Source: an uncultured bacterium (GTDB taxonomy: Bacteria; Verrucomicrobiota; Kiritimatiellia; CAIKKV01; CAITUY01). From it: a stretch of DNA of 64,000 bases. Positions 37,217-46,499 of this stretch are shown here, in pieces; the stretch's first letter is position 1, and the number at the start of each line of letters is the position of its first letter. The translations under genes and the position numbers were made by a program. The notes beneath the pieces were generated by a model that worked only from the letters and a program-made list of their open reading frames with translations, was not told the origin of the DNA and made no database searches. The stretch lies in NCBI GenBank assembly GCA_903958395.1, contig CAJBSZ010000437.1, positions 444-64,443 on the forward strand, given 5' to 3'.

Positions 37217-38320
37217 TCAGGTGCCGAGCTTCGAGATTTTTTCGCGCAAGGCGGCGGCTCTTTGTTCCGTTGTGTCCAGGTCGGCTTTATAATCGGCCGC
37301 GAAGCCTGAAAGGGTCTGGTGAAGTGCCGCCAGTTTTGACTGCAAGTCCGAGATAGTGCGGGTAGCCGTCATATTTTCAACCGCATTTTTACCCGCCAGA
37401 TCATGAAGTGCCTTTTCGGCCTCCTGAACGCGCAATTCCGCCATGTGGGCACGACTCTGGGCTTCGGTCAACCGGGTCTGAGCATCGGTCAGGCGTGCCT
37501 TGGACTCGGCCAAAAGGGTAGCGTTAGTGGCGGATTCGCGGGACGCAAGTTCCAGTCTGGACTTCAGGCTGGCGATTTCGCCGATGAGCACGGTTGTGCC
37601 AGGCGATACCGCTGAAGCGGATTCCAAAGCGGGGTTCAAGGTGACTTTCTTCACGGGTTCCAGAGGGATCGGCGGGAGTGGATCGGGTATAGGTGGCTCC
37701 GGTATTGGAGGAGGCGGAGGAGGCGGAGGAGGCGGAGGCGGAGGCGGAAGGGCTGGCCCGCTTGAAACTGATGGTTGAAGCACTTCTGCGGCGGGCGGCG
37801 TTATCGGAGAGGGAGCGGTGGCTCCGGGGAGTTCAATCAGGATAATGCCCGAACATTGTTTGCAGCGGATTTTCTTGCCGATGAGGCTGGCCGTGACCTT
37901 GGTAGACCACTTGCAGGCCGGGCATGTGGCGGGGATTGTGGCTGAGGAAGAAGCTTCTGCGGCCTGTCCTATGACAATGGGAGGCGCCGCCTTCCTGATC
38001 CCTCCGGCTGGGGGCTGGCTGGCAGAGGGCGCCCCTGCAGGTTTAGGAGGGGGAGTCAATTGAGCCGTTGAACTGACGGGTGGTGTCGGCGGGGGAACGG
38101 GGACAGAGGGGGTCGAAACAACAGGAGTCGAAGCCAAAGTGGCTGCGGTTGCGGGTGGTGTCGTCGTCTGGGGGGCCGCAGGCGAAGGAGTCGCGCTTTT
38201 TCCAACCGGAATCGGCTTCCCACATTTCGGGCACTTTACCTCAGTCGGCATTCGACCCGGATGCGCTTTGATTTTCAGCTTCGCCTTACAACTTCCGCAT
38301 TCAATAGGAATCAGATCCAT
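37217..38320 (-). CDS. Double zinc-ribbon, proline-rich, coiled-coil protein (hypothetical)
   Basis: CGSC...CPKCG and CPAC...CKQCS ribbons, a 14-residue Pro run (37706-37747) and a heptad-like C-terminal third. Confidence 0.6.
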   Translation of the reverse strand: MDLIPIECGSCKAKLKIKAHPGRMPTEVKCPKCGKPIPVGKSATPSPAAPQTTTPPATAATLASTPVVSTPSVPVPPPTPPVSSTAQLTPPPKPAGAPSASQPPAGGIRKAAPPIVIGQAAEASSSATIPATCPACKWSTKVTASLIGKKIRCKQCSGIILIELPGATAPSPITPPAAEVLQPSVSSGPALPPPPPPPPPPPPPPIPEPPIPDPLPPIPLEPVKKVTLNPALESASAVSPGTTVLIGEIASLKSRLELASRESATNATLLAESKARLTDAQTRLTEAQSRAHMAELRVQEAEKALHDLAGKNAVENMTATRTISDLQSKLAALHQTLSGFAADYKADLDTTEQRAAALREKISKLGT

Positions 38321-38423
38321 GCCGTGCTCCTTGCCGTAAATGTCCTGAAATTCATCAGGTATGGTTATTTAATAACAATCTCATGGGAATTAGACAACCC
38401 ATTTCAATGATCTCATTTTCCTA

Positions 38424-38452
38424 TTGACTATTCCTGCGGCTGTTTCTATACA
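38424..38452 (+). promoter_or_regulatory. Candidate sigma70-type promoter of the trp operon
   Basis: TTGACT (38424-38429), 17 nt, TATACA (38447-38452). The trpE ATG is at 38463. Confidence 0.3.
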
Positions 38453-38462
38453 TAGAAACATC

Positions 38463-39914
38463 ATGTACCCTAATGAAACAACGTATGTCGGGCTGGCACG
38501 GGATTACGATATTGTGCCGGTGGTTAAGGAAGTGCTGGCCGATCTTGAAACGCCGGTCTCCGTCTTGCAGCGATTCATAAACCGGGAGAATGCCTTTCTC
38601 CTGGAAAGTATGGAGGGCGGGGAGAAGTGGGGCCGGTATTCCTTTGTTGGGGTTGATCCGCGTCCTTTCCTGGAAGTGGATCACCGGAAACATGAAGGCG
38701 GGCTGGAGGAGATACGCCGGGTGTTCAAGGGAGTACGGGTCGCTCCCGTCCCGGGGTTGCCCCGGTTTATCGGGGGCGTGGTCGGTTTTATCGGGTATGA
38801 AGCCATGCGGGAGTTTGAGCATATGCCCGAGCCGAAACCCGGCCGGTCGGGGCTTCGACTGCGCAGCCGTTTTGTTCAGGCAGACCGGATGATCGTGTTC
38901 GATAATATCCGGCACACTCTCAAGATTGTGGTCTGTACCCGTCCGTCCGAATCCACGTCTCCGGAAGCGGCGTATCGTCGTGCGGTTTCGGAAATCGAAG
39001 GCATCGAGCACACCTTGAACCAGCCGGTGGAGCCCCCGTCCTACGAGGGCGGTGGCGAGGTGCACTTCGAGTCCAACATGACCCGTGAGGAATTCTGCGG
39101 CATGGCGAAGAAGGCGAAGGAGTATATCTACGCAGGTGACATCATCCAAGTGGTGTTGAGTCAGCGGTTCAGCGCAAAGGCCGATATTCCGCCGCTGTAT
39201 CTCTACCGGGCGTTGCGGTTATTGAATCCTTCGCCCTATACTTTTTTCCTCAAGGTGGGAGGCCAGACGCTTGTGGGATCGTCACCGGAAGTCATGGTTC
39301 GCCTGACGGGCAACCGGGTGGAGTTGCGGCCGATTGCCGGAACCCGGCCACGCGGGGTGGATGATGCGGCGGATCGCCGGCTGGCGGATGAATTGTTGTC
39401 GGATGAGAAGGAGAAGGCCGAGCATGTCATGCTCGTGGATCTGGGCCGGAACGACATCGGGCGGATTGCCGAGATGGGCAGCGTGCAGGTTACCGACTAC
39501 ATGATGATCGAACGGTACAGCCATGTGATGCATCTGGTGTCGCATGTGCAGGGGGTGTTGCGCCGTGAATTGGATGCCTTTGATGTGATTCGCGCCACTT
39601 TTCCGGCGGGAACCCTGTCGGGTGCCCCGAAGATTCGGGCGATGCAGATTATTCATGAGCTGGAACCGGAGCCGCGCGGGGTGTATGGTGGGGCGGTGGG
39701 GTATGTGGGGTATGACGGCAACATGGATCTTGCCATCACGATCCGTACGATGGAGGTTGGCGGCGGGGTGGTGTCGGTTCAGGCCGGCGCCGGGATTGTG
39801 TATGATTCCGATCCCGAAAAGGAATTTGAGGAAACGTGCCACAAGGCGCGTGGGATGCAGAAGGCTGTTCAATTGGCGGCCCGGGCGCTCGAGCTGAGTG
39901 GAGAAGTCGCATGA
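38463..39914 (+). CDS. trpE: Anthranilate synthase component I
   Basis: LESMEGGEKWGRYSF, PSPYTFF and GAVGYVGYDGNMDLAITIRT motifs. Start at the internal ATG (MYPNETTY). Confidence 0.95.
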   Translation: MYPNETTYVGLARDYDIVPVVKEVLADLETPVSVLQRFINRENAFLLESMEGGEKWGRYSFVGVDPRPFLEVDHRKHEGGLEEIRRVFKGVRVAPVPGLPRFIGGVVGFIGYEAMREFEHMPEPKPGRSGLRLRSRFVQADRMIVFDNIRHTLKIVVCTRPSESTSPEAAYRRAVSEIEGIEHTLNQPVEPPSYEGGGEVHFESNMTREEFCGMAKKAKEYIYAGDIIQVVLSQRFSAKADIPPLYLYRALRLLNPSPYTFFLKVGGQTLVGSSPEVMVRLTGNRVELRPIAGTRPRGVDDAADRRLADELLSDEKEKAEHVMLVDLGRNDIGRIAEMGSVQVTDYMMIERYSHVMHLVSHVQGVLRRELDAFDVIRATFPAGTLSGAPKIRAMQIIHELEPEPRGVYGGAVGYVGYDGNMDLAITIRTMEVGGGVVSVQAGAGIVYDSDPEKEFEETCHKARGMQKAVQLAARALELSGEVA

Positions 39915-40525
39915 TTGTGCTCATCGATAATTACGATTCGTTCACGTACAACCTGGTTCAGATGATGTCCTCCCTCGGGGCGGATATCCGGGTATTCCGG
40001 AATGACGCCATCACGGTGGAGGGGGTGGAGGCGATGGTGCCTGAGGCGGTGGTGATTTCTCCAGGGCCCTGTACGCCGAATGAGGCGGGCATTTCAGTGG
40101 GCTTGATCCGCCGCATGACGGGCCGGGTTCCGGTACTGGGAGTGTGCCTGGGCCATCAGTCGCTGGGAGTGGCCTTCGGGGCTACCGTGTCGAACGCCAA
40201 ACGCATCATGCACGGCAAGGTGTCGCAGGTACGGCATGACGGCACCGGTCTTTACAAGGGAATGGGGAATCCGTTCCAGGCGGGACGCTACCACTCGCTA
40301 GCTGTTTTAAAGGAAACACTGCCACCGGAACTGGTGGCGGATGCGTTCAGCGAGGATGATGAAATCATGGGAATGCATCATGTGTCGCACGCGACGTTCG
40401 GCGTGCAATTTCATCCTGAATCGGTGTTGACGCCGTCGGGGAAGAAATTGATGAGAAATTTCCTGGAGATTGTGGCAGGGAGAGGGATGGGCGATAGGGT
40501 TCAGGGTTCAGGAAAGGAAACATGA
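39911..40525 (+). CDS. trpG: Anthranilate synthase component II (glutamine amidotransferase)
   Basis: MIVLIDNYDSFTYNL, catalytic GVCLGHQ and FGVQFHPES. ATGA overlap with the trpE stop. Confidence 0.9.
   Translation: MIVLIDNYDSFTYNLVQMMSSLGADIRVFRNDAITVEGVEAMVPEAVVISPGPCTPNEAGISVGLIRRMTGRVPVLGVCLGHQSLGVAFGATVSNAKRIMHGKVSQVRHDGTGLYKGMGNPFQAGRYHSLAVLKETLPPELVADAFSEDDEIMGMHHVSHATFGVQFHPESVLTPSGKKLMRNFLEIVAGRGMGDRVQGSGKET
40496..40514 (+). repeat. 19-nt exact repeat, copy 1 (AGGGTTCAGGGTTCAGGAA)
   Basis: Lies in the non-conserved 3' tail of trpG, 8 nt before the trpD ATG. Identical to 41542-41560. Confidence 0.85.
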
Positions 40526-41529
40526 AAACGGTGCTTCAGAAATTGATCGCCCGGCAAAATCTCAGTGAGATTGAGGCGGGGGAGGCGTTTGACCTGATTA
40601 TGAACGGGGAGGCGACCCAGGCCCAGTTGGGCGCATTTCTGGCGGCCTTGCGGCTCAAGGGAGAAACCGTCGAGGAACTGGCCGGGGCCAGCCGGTCGAT
40701 GCGACGGCATGCGGTGTTTGTGGATCCGCGGGGGAAACCGGTTGTGGATACCTGCGGGACGGGAGGGGATTCGCTGGGTACCTTCAATATTTCCACTACG
40801 GCTGCCTTTGTCGTGGCCGGGGCGGGCGTACCGGTGGCCAAGCATGGCAACCGATCCATTACCAGCCAGTGCGGCTCGGCGGATGTCCTCGCGGAACTCG
40901 GAGTGAACCTGGAGGTGACTCCGGATGTAATGGAGGCGTGCATTCACGAGGTTGGGATCGGTTTCCTGTTTGCGCCCAAACTGCACCCGGCGATGAAGCA
41001 TGCCATGGGACCGCGCAAGGAGCTTGGTTTCCGGACGATTTTCAATCTTCTGGGACCGCTCGCCAATCCGGCCGGGGCCAAATGCCAGGTGCTTGGGGTG
41101 TTTGCTCCGGAATTGACGGAGATGTTTGCTGAGGTGCTCAAGCGGTTGGGCAGCCGGCGCGTGTTCGTCGTTCATGGCCAGGATGGGATGGATGAGATTA
41201 CCATCACCGGGACGACCCGGATCAGCGAATTACGGGATGGTTCGATTCGGACCTATAACTTCGACCCGTTGTCGGTCATGGAGGATTATGCCCCCCTGTC
41301 GACATTAGCGGGCGGCGATCCTGTCGCAAATGCCCGGATTACACGGGCTATTCTCGAAGGCGAGACCGGGCCGCGCCGGGATATTGTCTGTCTGAATGCG
41401 GCAGCCGGATTGATTGCCGGAGGCAAGGTGGCGGATTTTGAAGAGGGTTTTAAATTGGCTGGCCGGGCTCTTGACAACGGGAACGCCCTGAAGGCGTTGG
41501 AAGGGTTGGTCACCGCCACACGGCGGTGA
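40522..41529 (+). CDS. trpD: Anthranilate phosphoribosyltransferase
   Basis: DTCGTGGDSLGTFNIST and KHGNRSITS motifs. Confidence 0.95.
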   Translation: MKTVLQKLIARQNLSEIEAGEAFDLIMNGEATQAQLGAFLAALRLKGETVEELAGASRSMRRHAVFVDPRGKPVVDTCGTGGDSLGTFNISTTAAFVVAGAGVPVAKHGNRSITSQCGSADVLAELGVNLEVTPDVMEACIHEVGIGFLFAPKLHPAMKHAMGPRKELGFRTIFNLLGPLANPAGAKCQVLGVFAPELTEMFAEVLKRLGSRRVFVVHGQDGMDEITITGTTRISELRDGSIRTYNFDPLSVMEDYAPLSTLAGGDPVANARITRAILEGETGPRRDIVCLNAAAGLIAGGKVADFEEGFKLAGRALDNGNALKALEGLVTATRR

Positions 41530-41541
41530 GGATAAGAATAG

Positions 41542-41560
41542 AGGGTTCAGGGTTCAGGAA
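41542..41560 (+). repeat. 19-nt exact repeat, copy 2 (AGGGTTCAGGGTTCAGGAA)
   Basis: In the trpD-trpC intergenic gap, 21 nt before the trpC ATG. Confidence 0.85.
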
Positions 41561-41580
41561 TAGATCGATAAAGGACAATC

Positions 41581-42375
41581 ATGAGTCATGAGGAAAATAT
41601 TCTGACCCGGATCATGGGGGAACGGAAAAAAGATGTGGCGGTGTCGAAGCGCCAGGTGTCGGTCAATGAGTTGCTCTGGGAGGCTGAAAAGCGCACCAAC
41701 TACTATAGCCTGGTTGAGCGGCTTCGTGTTGGGGCGGGGCCCCGGATTATTGCCGAGGTGAAGAAGGCCAGTCCTTCCGCCGGGGAACTCCGACCGGTGT
41801 ATGACCCGACCGCCATTGCCCAGGCCTATGTATCGGCTGGTGCGGTGGGAATTTCGGTGCTGACCGAGCCGCATCATTTTCTCGGTTCTCTGGATGATCT
41901 TCGACGGGTCAGGAAAGTCGTGAATGTGCCCGTTCTACGCAAGGATTTTATCGGGGAGACCTATCAGTTGCTCGAGGCGGCGGCATGGGGTGCCGATGTG
42001 GTGCTGCTGATTGTTGCCGCACTCGAACCAGGCCAGTGCGCGGAGTTGTACCGCGAGGCCCTGGAATTGAATCTCGAGGTGATTGTTGAGGTGCATACCC
42101 GGGAGGAATTGGGAGTGGCACTGTCCTGTGAGCACGCCATCATCGGGGTGAACAGTCGCGACCTGAAAACCTTGCGGACTGACCTGGATGTGGCTTATGA
42201 ACTGTCCAAAGCGATTCCGGATGACCGGTTGTGCATTGCCGAAAGCGGCATCCGGACTCCGGAGGATATTGCGGGGCTGCAGGCGGCGGGGTATGACGGG
42301 TTTCTGGTGGGCGAATCCTTGCTGCGCGAGCATTTCCCCGGAAAAGCACTGAAGGTGTTGTTGGGGAAAATGTGA
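41581..42375 (+). CDS. trpC: Indole-3-glycerol phosphate synthase
   Basis: IIAEVKKASPS, VLRKDFI and IGVNSRDL motifs. Confidence 0.95.
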   Translation: MSHEENILTRIMGERKKDVAVSKRQVSVNELLWEAEKRTNYYSLVERLRVGAGPRIIAEVKKASPSAGELRPVYDPTAIAQAYVSAGAVGISVLTEPHHFLGSLDDLRRVRKVVNVPVLRKDFIGETYQLLEAAAWGADVVLLIVAALEPGQCAELYREALELNLEVIVEVHTREELGVALSCEHAIIGVNSRDLKTLRTDLDVAYELSKAIPDDRLCIAESGIRTPEDIAGLQAAGYDGFLVGESLLREHFPGKALKVLLGKM

Positions 42376-42393
42376 GATGTGAGGCGTGAGGCG

Positions 42394-43026
42394 ATGCTGA
42401 CGATCAAAATATGTGGACTGACCAATCTGGACGATGCGCGATGGGCGATTGAAGCGGGTGCGGATTACCTGGGATTTGTCCTGTATCAGAATTCGCCCCG
42501 ATGCGTGTCGGCCAGGGAATTGAGCCGACTGACGGATGCCCTTCCCGAGACGATTCGCAAGGTGGGTGTTTTCGTGAATGAGGCCCCGGTCCTGGTGAAG
42601 GAAGTGGCGGAGGTGTGCGGGTTGTCGGCCGTTCAATTGCATGGGGATGAGGACCCGGGGGACTATGATGATCTGGGTGTTACCCTGTGGAGGGCGTTGC
42701 GGCTTCAAGGCGGGAAATGGAATCCCGATCCCCGGAAGTGGGCGGCGGAACGATTTGTATTGGATGCCGATTCACGCGCCTATGGCGGAACCGGCATGAC
42801 GGTCGACTGGGATGAGGCGGGTGCCTTTGCGGCCCGGCATCGTGTCATGCTGGCCGGCGGGTTGACCGTTGACAATGTGGGAGACGCGATTCGGTGTGTC
42901 AGACCTTTTGGAGTGGATGTCTCCAGCGGGGTGGAACTGGCACCGGGCCGGAAGGATCACAAGAAAGTGGCCGCATTCATTCGTGCGGCGAGGGCAGCGG
43001 ACGAAGCGTTGAGGAGTGAATCATGA
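42394..43026 (+). CDS. trpF: Phosphoribosylanthranilate isomerase
   Basis: [10 protein letters not shown]...GADYLGFV...VQLHG...GGTG...LAGGL. ATG chosen over the track GTG at 42379. Confidence 0.9.
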   Translation: MLTIKICGLTNLDDARWAIEAGADYLGFVLYQNSPRCVSARELSRLTDALPETIRKVGVFVNEAPVLVKEVAEVCGLSAVQLHGDEDPGDYDDLGVTLWRALRLQGGKWNPDPRKWAAERFVLDADSRAYGGTGMTVDWDEAGAFAARHRVMLAGGLTVDNVGDAIRCVRPFGVDVSSGVELAPGRKDHKKVAAFIRAARAADEALRSES

Positions 43027-44234
43027 AGCGCGTGGATATGAATACAGTACCGGATGCGAACGGGCATTTCGGAGTTTATGGCGGGCGGTATGTTGCGGAA
43101 ACGCTCATGCCGGCCCTGATCGAGGTTGAAAAGGCCTATCGGGCGGCGCAGGCGGATCCTGCCTTTGAGGCGGAATTTCGGGGACTTCTGAAGCATTACG
43201 TTGGAAGACCCTCCCCGCTGTATTTTGCCCCGCGCCTGACGGAGGCGTTTGGCGGAGCCACGATCTATCTGAAGCGCGAAGACCTTAACCATACGGGTGC
43301 CCACAAGGTCAATAATACGCTCGGGCAGGCCATTCTGGCGCGCCGCATGGGCAAGAAAAAACTCATGGCGGAAACCGGGGCCGGTCAGCATGGCGTGGCC
43401 ACGGCCACGGTGGCGGCGCGGTTCGGTATGGAGTGCGATGTGTATATGGGCGAGGAAGATATCCGGCGGCAGGCGCCGAATGTGAAGCGGATGAAGCTTC
43501 TCGGGGCCCGGGTGATTCCGGTGACCAGTGGAACCAAAACCCTGAAGGACGCCATGAGCGAGGCGCTCCGCGAATGGGTGGCGGCGGTGGATACCACCTT
43601 TTATGTGATTGGAACCGTTGCAGGGCCCCATCCGTATCCGGTCATGGTTCGCGATTTCCAGAGTGTGATCGGGATCGAGACCCGGGAGCAGTTCATTGAG
43701 GCCGAAAGCCGTCTGCCGGATCTGGTTGTCGCCTGTGTCGGGGGGGGAAGCAATGCGGCGGGGATGTTCTATCCCTTCCTGAAGGATGTCGGGGTGAAGT
43801 TGGTGGGAGTCGAGGCGGCGGGACACGGGATTGCCACGGGCCAGCACGCCGCCAGCATCGAGGCGGGCCGGGCGGGAATTCTTCATGGCAGCAAATCCTA
43901 TGTGTTGCAGGATGCCGAGGGGCAGATCCTCAACGCCCATTCCATCAGCGCCGGGCTGGATTATCCCGGGGTCGGGCCGGAACACGCCCTGTGGGCCGAT
44001 CTGAAGCGGGTGGAGTATTCCGGGATTACAGACGCCGAAGCGGTTGCGGCGTTTCATGAGCTCGCCCTGCTGGAGGGCATCATTCCGGCGCTGGAGTCGA
44101 GTCATGCGCTGGCCGAGGCCCGGAAGCGGGCCCGGTCGGTCGGAAAGGGCGGGGCCATTGTGGTGTGCCTGTCGGGGCGCGGTGACAAGGATCTTGAGAG
44201 TGTGTTGGAGTATGACGCGAGGGTCAAATCATGA
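43023..44234 (+). CDS. trpB: Tryptophan synthase beta chain
   Basis: HTGAHKVNN (PLP lysine) and GGGSNAAG motifs. Confidence 0.95.
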   Translation: MKRVDMNTVPDANGHFGVYGGRYVAETLMPALIEVEKAYRAAQADPAFEAEFRGLLKHYVGRPSPLYFAPRLTEAFGGATIYLKREDLNHTGAHKVNNTLGQAILARRMGKKKLMAETGAGQHGVATATVAARFGMECDVYMGEEDIRRQAPNVKRMKLLGARVIPVTSGTKTLKDAMSEALREWVAAVDTTFYVIGTVAGPHPYPVMVRDFQSVIGIETREQFIEAESRLPDLVVACVGGGSNAAGMFYPFLKDVGVKLVGVEAAGHGIATGQHAASIEAGRAGILHGSKSYVLQDAEGQILNAHSISAGLDYPGVGPEHALWADLKRVEYSGITDAEAVAAFHELALLEGIIPALESSHALAEARKRARSVGKGGAIVVCLSGRGDKDLESVLEYDARVKS

Positions 44235-45013
44235 GCCGGATTGAAGAGGCGTTTAAGCGCTTAAGTAAAGGGAATCGCAAGGCGCTGGTCGGATTTCTGG
44301 TGGCGGGCGATCCGGATATGGAGCGATCGGAACGGGATTGCCGCACGGCGCTCGAGAACGGGGTGGATGTGTTGGAACTGGGCGTGCCCTTTTCGGATCC
44401 GACGGCGGACGGTCCGGTGATTCAGGCGGCAGGCCAGCGCAGTCTTGCGGCGGGCACCACGGTCTCCAAGGTGTTGGCACTGGCAAAACGATTGCGCCGG
44501 GATTTTGAGACCCCGATCGTGTTGTTCGGGTATGTGAACCCGTTTTTCAACTACGGGTATGAGAAGCTTGCCCAGGATGCCGCTGCCGCCGGGGTGGATG
44601 CCTTTCTGGTGGTGGATCTACCCTTTGAAGAGAGTGGCGAGTTCCGGGTGCATCTCGACAAGGTGGGGCTGGATTTCGTCTCCCTTATTGCCCCGACGAC
44701 TCCGGATGCCCGCCTGGGAACCCTCCTCAGGGAGGCCCGCGGATTCGTGTATTACATCATGGTCAAGGGTGTCACGGGTGCGCGCGCCGAGGTGGCGGAG
44801 GATGTGGCGGGGCATCTGGCCCGGCTTAAAATGCATACCCGGTTACCCGTGGCCGCAGGGTTTGGCGTCAGCAATGGCATCCAGGCCCGTGAGGCCGCCC
44901 GGCATGCCGATGGAGTCGTGGTGGGTAGTGCCCTGGTCAAGGCCGCCGGCGAGGGGCGCCTGGTCGCCCTGATCACCGAAATCCGTCAGGCACTGGATAC
45001 CGAAGAAAAGTGA
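44231..45013 (+). CDS. trpA: Tryptophan synthase alpha chain
   Basis: [18 protein letters not shown] and YIMVKGVTG motifs. ATGA overlap with trpB. Confidence 0.95.
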   Translation: MSRIEEAFKRLSKGNRKALVGFLVAGDPDMERSERDCRTALENGVDVLELGVPFSDPTADGPVIQAAGQRSLAAGTTVSKVLALAKRLRRDFETPIVLFGYVNPFFNYGYEKLAQDAAAAGVDAFLVVDLPFEESGEFRVHLDKVGLDFVSLIAPTTPDARLGTLLREARGFVYYIMVKGVTGARAEVAEDVAGHLARLKMHTRLPVAAGFGVSNGIQAREAARHADGVVVGSALVKAAGEGRLVALITEIRQALDTEEK

Positions 45014-45043
45014 TTGCGTTGCGGGTCGGGTTTCGGGTATAAG
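45014..45043 (+). promoter_or_regulatory. Candidate promoter for rpmE
   Basis: TTGCGT (45014-45019), 18 nt, TATAAG (45038-45043), located between the trpA stop and the rpmE ATG. Confidence 0.25.
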
Positions 45044-45076
45044 TACGCGGCTTTTTTAGAAGGAAGGTTTTGTTTT

Positions 45077-45277
45077 ATGAAGAAAGATACTCACCCCGAT
45101 TATACAGATGCGACGATTACCTGTGCCTGTGGCGCCATTGTGCAAGTGAAGTCCACCAACAAGGCGATGCATGTGAACACGTGTTCCGTTTGTCACCCGT
45201 TCTATACCGGTCGTACAGCCATGCTGGACGCCAAGGGTCGTGTGGAACAGTTCCGGAAACGCTACGCAAAGAAGTAG
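45077..45277 (+). CDS. rpmE: 50S ribosomal protein L31 (Zn-binding type)
   Basis: MKKDTHPDY...CACG...CSVCHPFYTG. Start at the internal ATG. Confidence 0.95.
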   Translation: MKKDTHPDYTDATITCACGAIVQVKSTNKAMHVNTCSVCHPFYTGRTAMLDAKGRVEQFRKRYAKK

Positions 45278-45297
45278 TCATCCGGGCGTCAGGAAAA

Positions 45298-45336
45298 GGC
45301 TGGAAACCCCAAGGGGGATTCCAGCCTTTTTCTTTC
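45298..45336 (+). terminator. Rho-independent terminator after rpmE
   Basis: GGCTGGAAACCCC pairs with GGGGATTCCAGCC (one mismatch), followed by TTTTTCTTT. Confidence 0.7.
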
Positions 45337-45408
45337 TAAAGACAGTTTGAACAGAAGTCGCAAAGTACGCAAAGAAGAGAAAATGAAACGACTTCTTCGC
45401 GGCCTCCC

Positions 45409-46497
45409 ATGATTGAAAAATCCTATATCGATAAATTGGATGCGAAAATGAGGGAGCTGGAGGCGAGTATCTCCAATCCCGCCCTGGCGGCGAATCCCAG
45501 GAAATTCAGGGAAGCCGCCAAGGATCATTCCCGGCTCCGGAAGATTCTCGACAAGGCGGATGTTTTTTTTCGCGTGAAGCGTGACCTCGATGAACAGCGT
45601 GCCCTGCTGGCATCCGAGAATGCCGACCCGGATCTCAAGGCGCTGGCCGCCGACGAGGTGGCCGGGCTGGAAAAGACTTTTCCGGTGGTCGAAAAGGACC
45701 TTCTTGCGGCTTTGCTTCCGCCTGATCCCAACGATGACCGGAATGTCATCATGGAAATCCGGGCCGGTACGGGCGGCGACGAGGCCGGTCTTTTCGCGGG
45801 CGACCTGTTCCGGATGTACAGCCGTTTTTGCGAGGGGCGCGGCTGGAAGATCTCGATCATTGACGCCAGTCCCTCCAGCATGGGCGGCTTCAAGGAAGTG
45901 GTGTTTTCCGTCACCGGGAGCCAGGCCTACAAAGTCCTGAAGTATGAGTCCGGGTGCCATCGGGTGCAGCGGGTTCCGGCAACCGAGTCCGCGGGACGCA
46001 TTCATACCTCGGCGGCCACGGTGTTCGTTCTGCCGGAGGTGGATGAGGTGGACGATATTGAGATTCCCGCCTCCGATATCCGGGTGGATATTTTCTGTTC
46101 GTCCGGGCCGGGCGGGCAGGGAGTGAACACCACCTATTCCGCCATCCGGATCACCCACCTTCCGACAGGGTTGGTGGCGCAGAGCCAGGATGAACGCTCG
46201 CAGCACCGGAACAAGGAAAAGGCGTTGAATGTGTTGAAGGCCCGGCTTCTCGACTGGCAACAGCAGCAGGATGAGGCCAAGAGCGGGGCGATGCGGCGTA
46301 CCCAGATCGGAAGTGGAGACCGGAGCGAAAAAATCCGGACTTATAATTTCCCCCAGAACCGTCTTACGGATCATCGGATCAACTTTACGATTTATACCCT
46401 CGCCCGGTTTATGGAGGGGGAAATTGACGGATTGATCCGGACGCTTCAGGATCATGATATGGAATTGCGAATTCAAAAGGAAATGGCGTCCGGCTAA
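45409..46497 (+). CDS. prfA: Peptide chain release factor 1
   Basis: PAT tripeptide (RVPATES) and the GGQ motif (GPGGQGVNT). Confidence 0.95.
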   Translation: MIEKSYIDKLDAKMRELEASISNPALAANPRKFREAAKDHSRLRKILDKADVFFRVKRDLDEQRALLASENADPDLKALAADEVAGLEKTFPVVEKDLLAALLPPDPNDDRNVIMEIRAGTGGDEAGLFAGDLFRMYSRFCEGRGWKISIIDASPSSMGGFKEVVFSVTGSQAYKVLKYESGCHRVQRVPATESAGRIHTSAATVFVLPEVDEVDDIEIPASDIRVDIFCSSGPGGQGVNTTYSAIRITHLPTGLVAQSQDERSQHRNKEKALNVLKARLLDWQQQQDEAKSGAMRRTQIGSGDRSEKIRTYNFPQNRLTDHRINFTIYTLARFMEGEIDGLIRTLQDHDMELRIQKEMASG

Positions 46498-46499
46498 GA

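Noticed and set aside
42957-44105. 382-aa minus-strand ORF. The same applies to 45289-46476, 41935-42708, 40501-41175 and 39282-39872.
   Set aside because: All are antisense to trp operon genes or prfA, which carry definitive motifs. I treat them as shadow ORFs.
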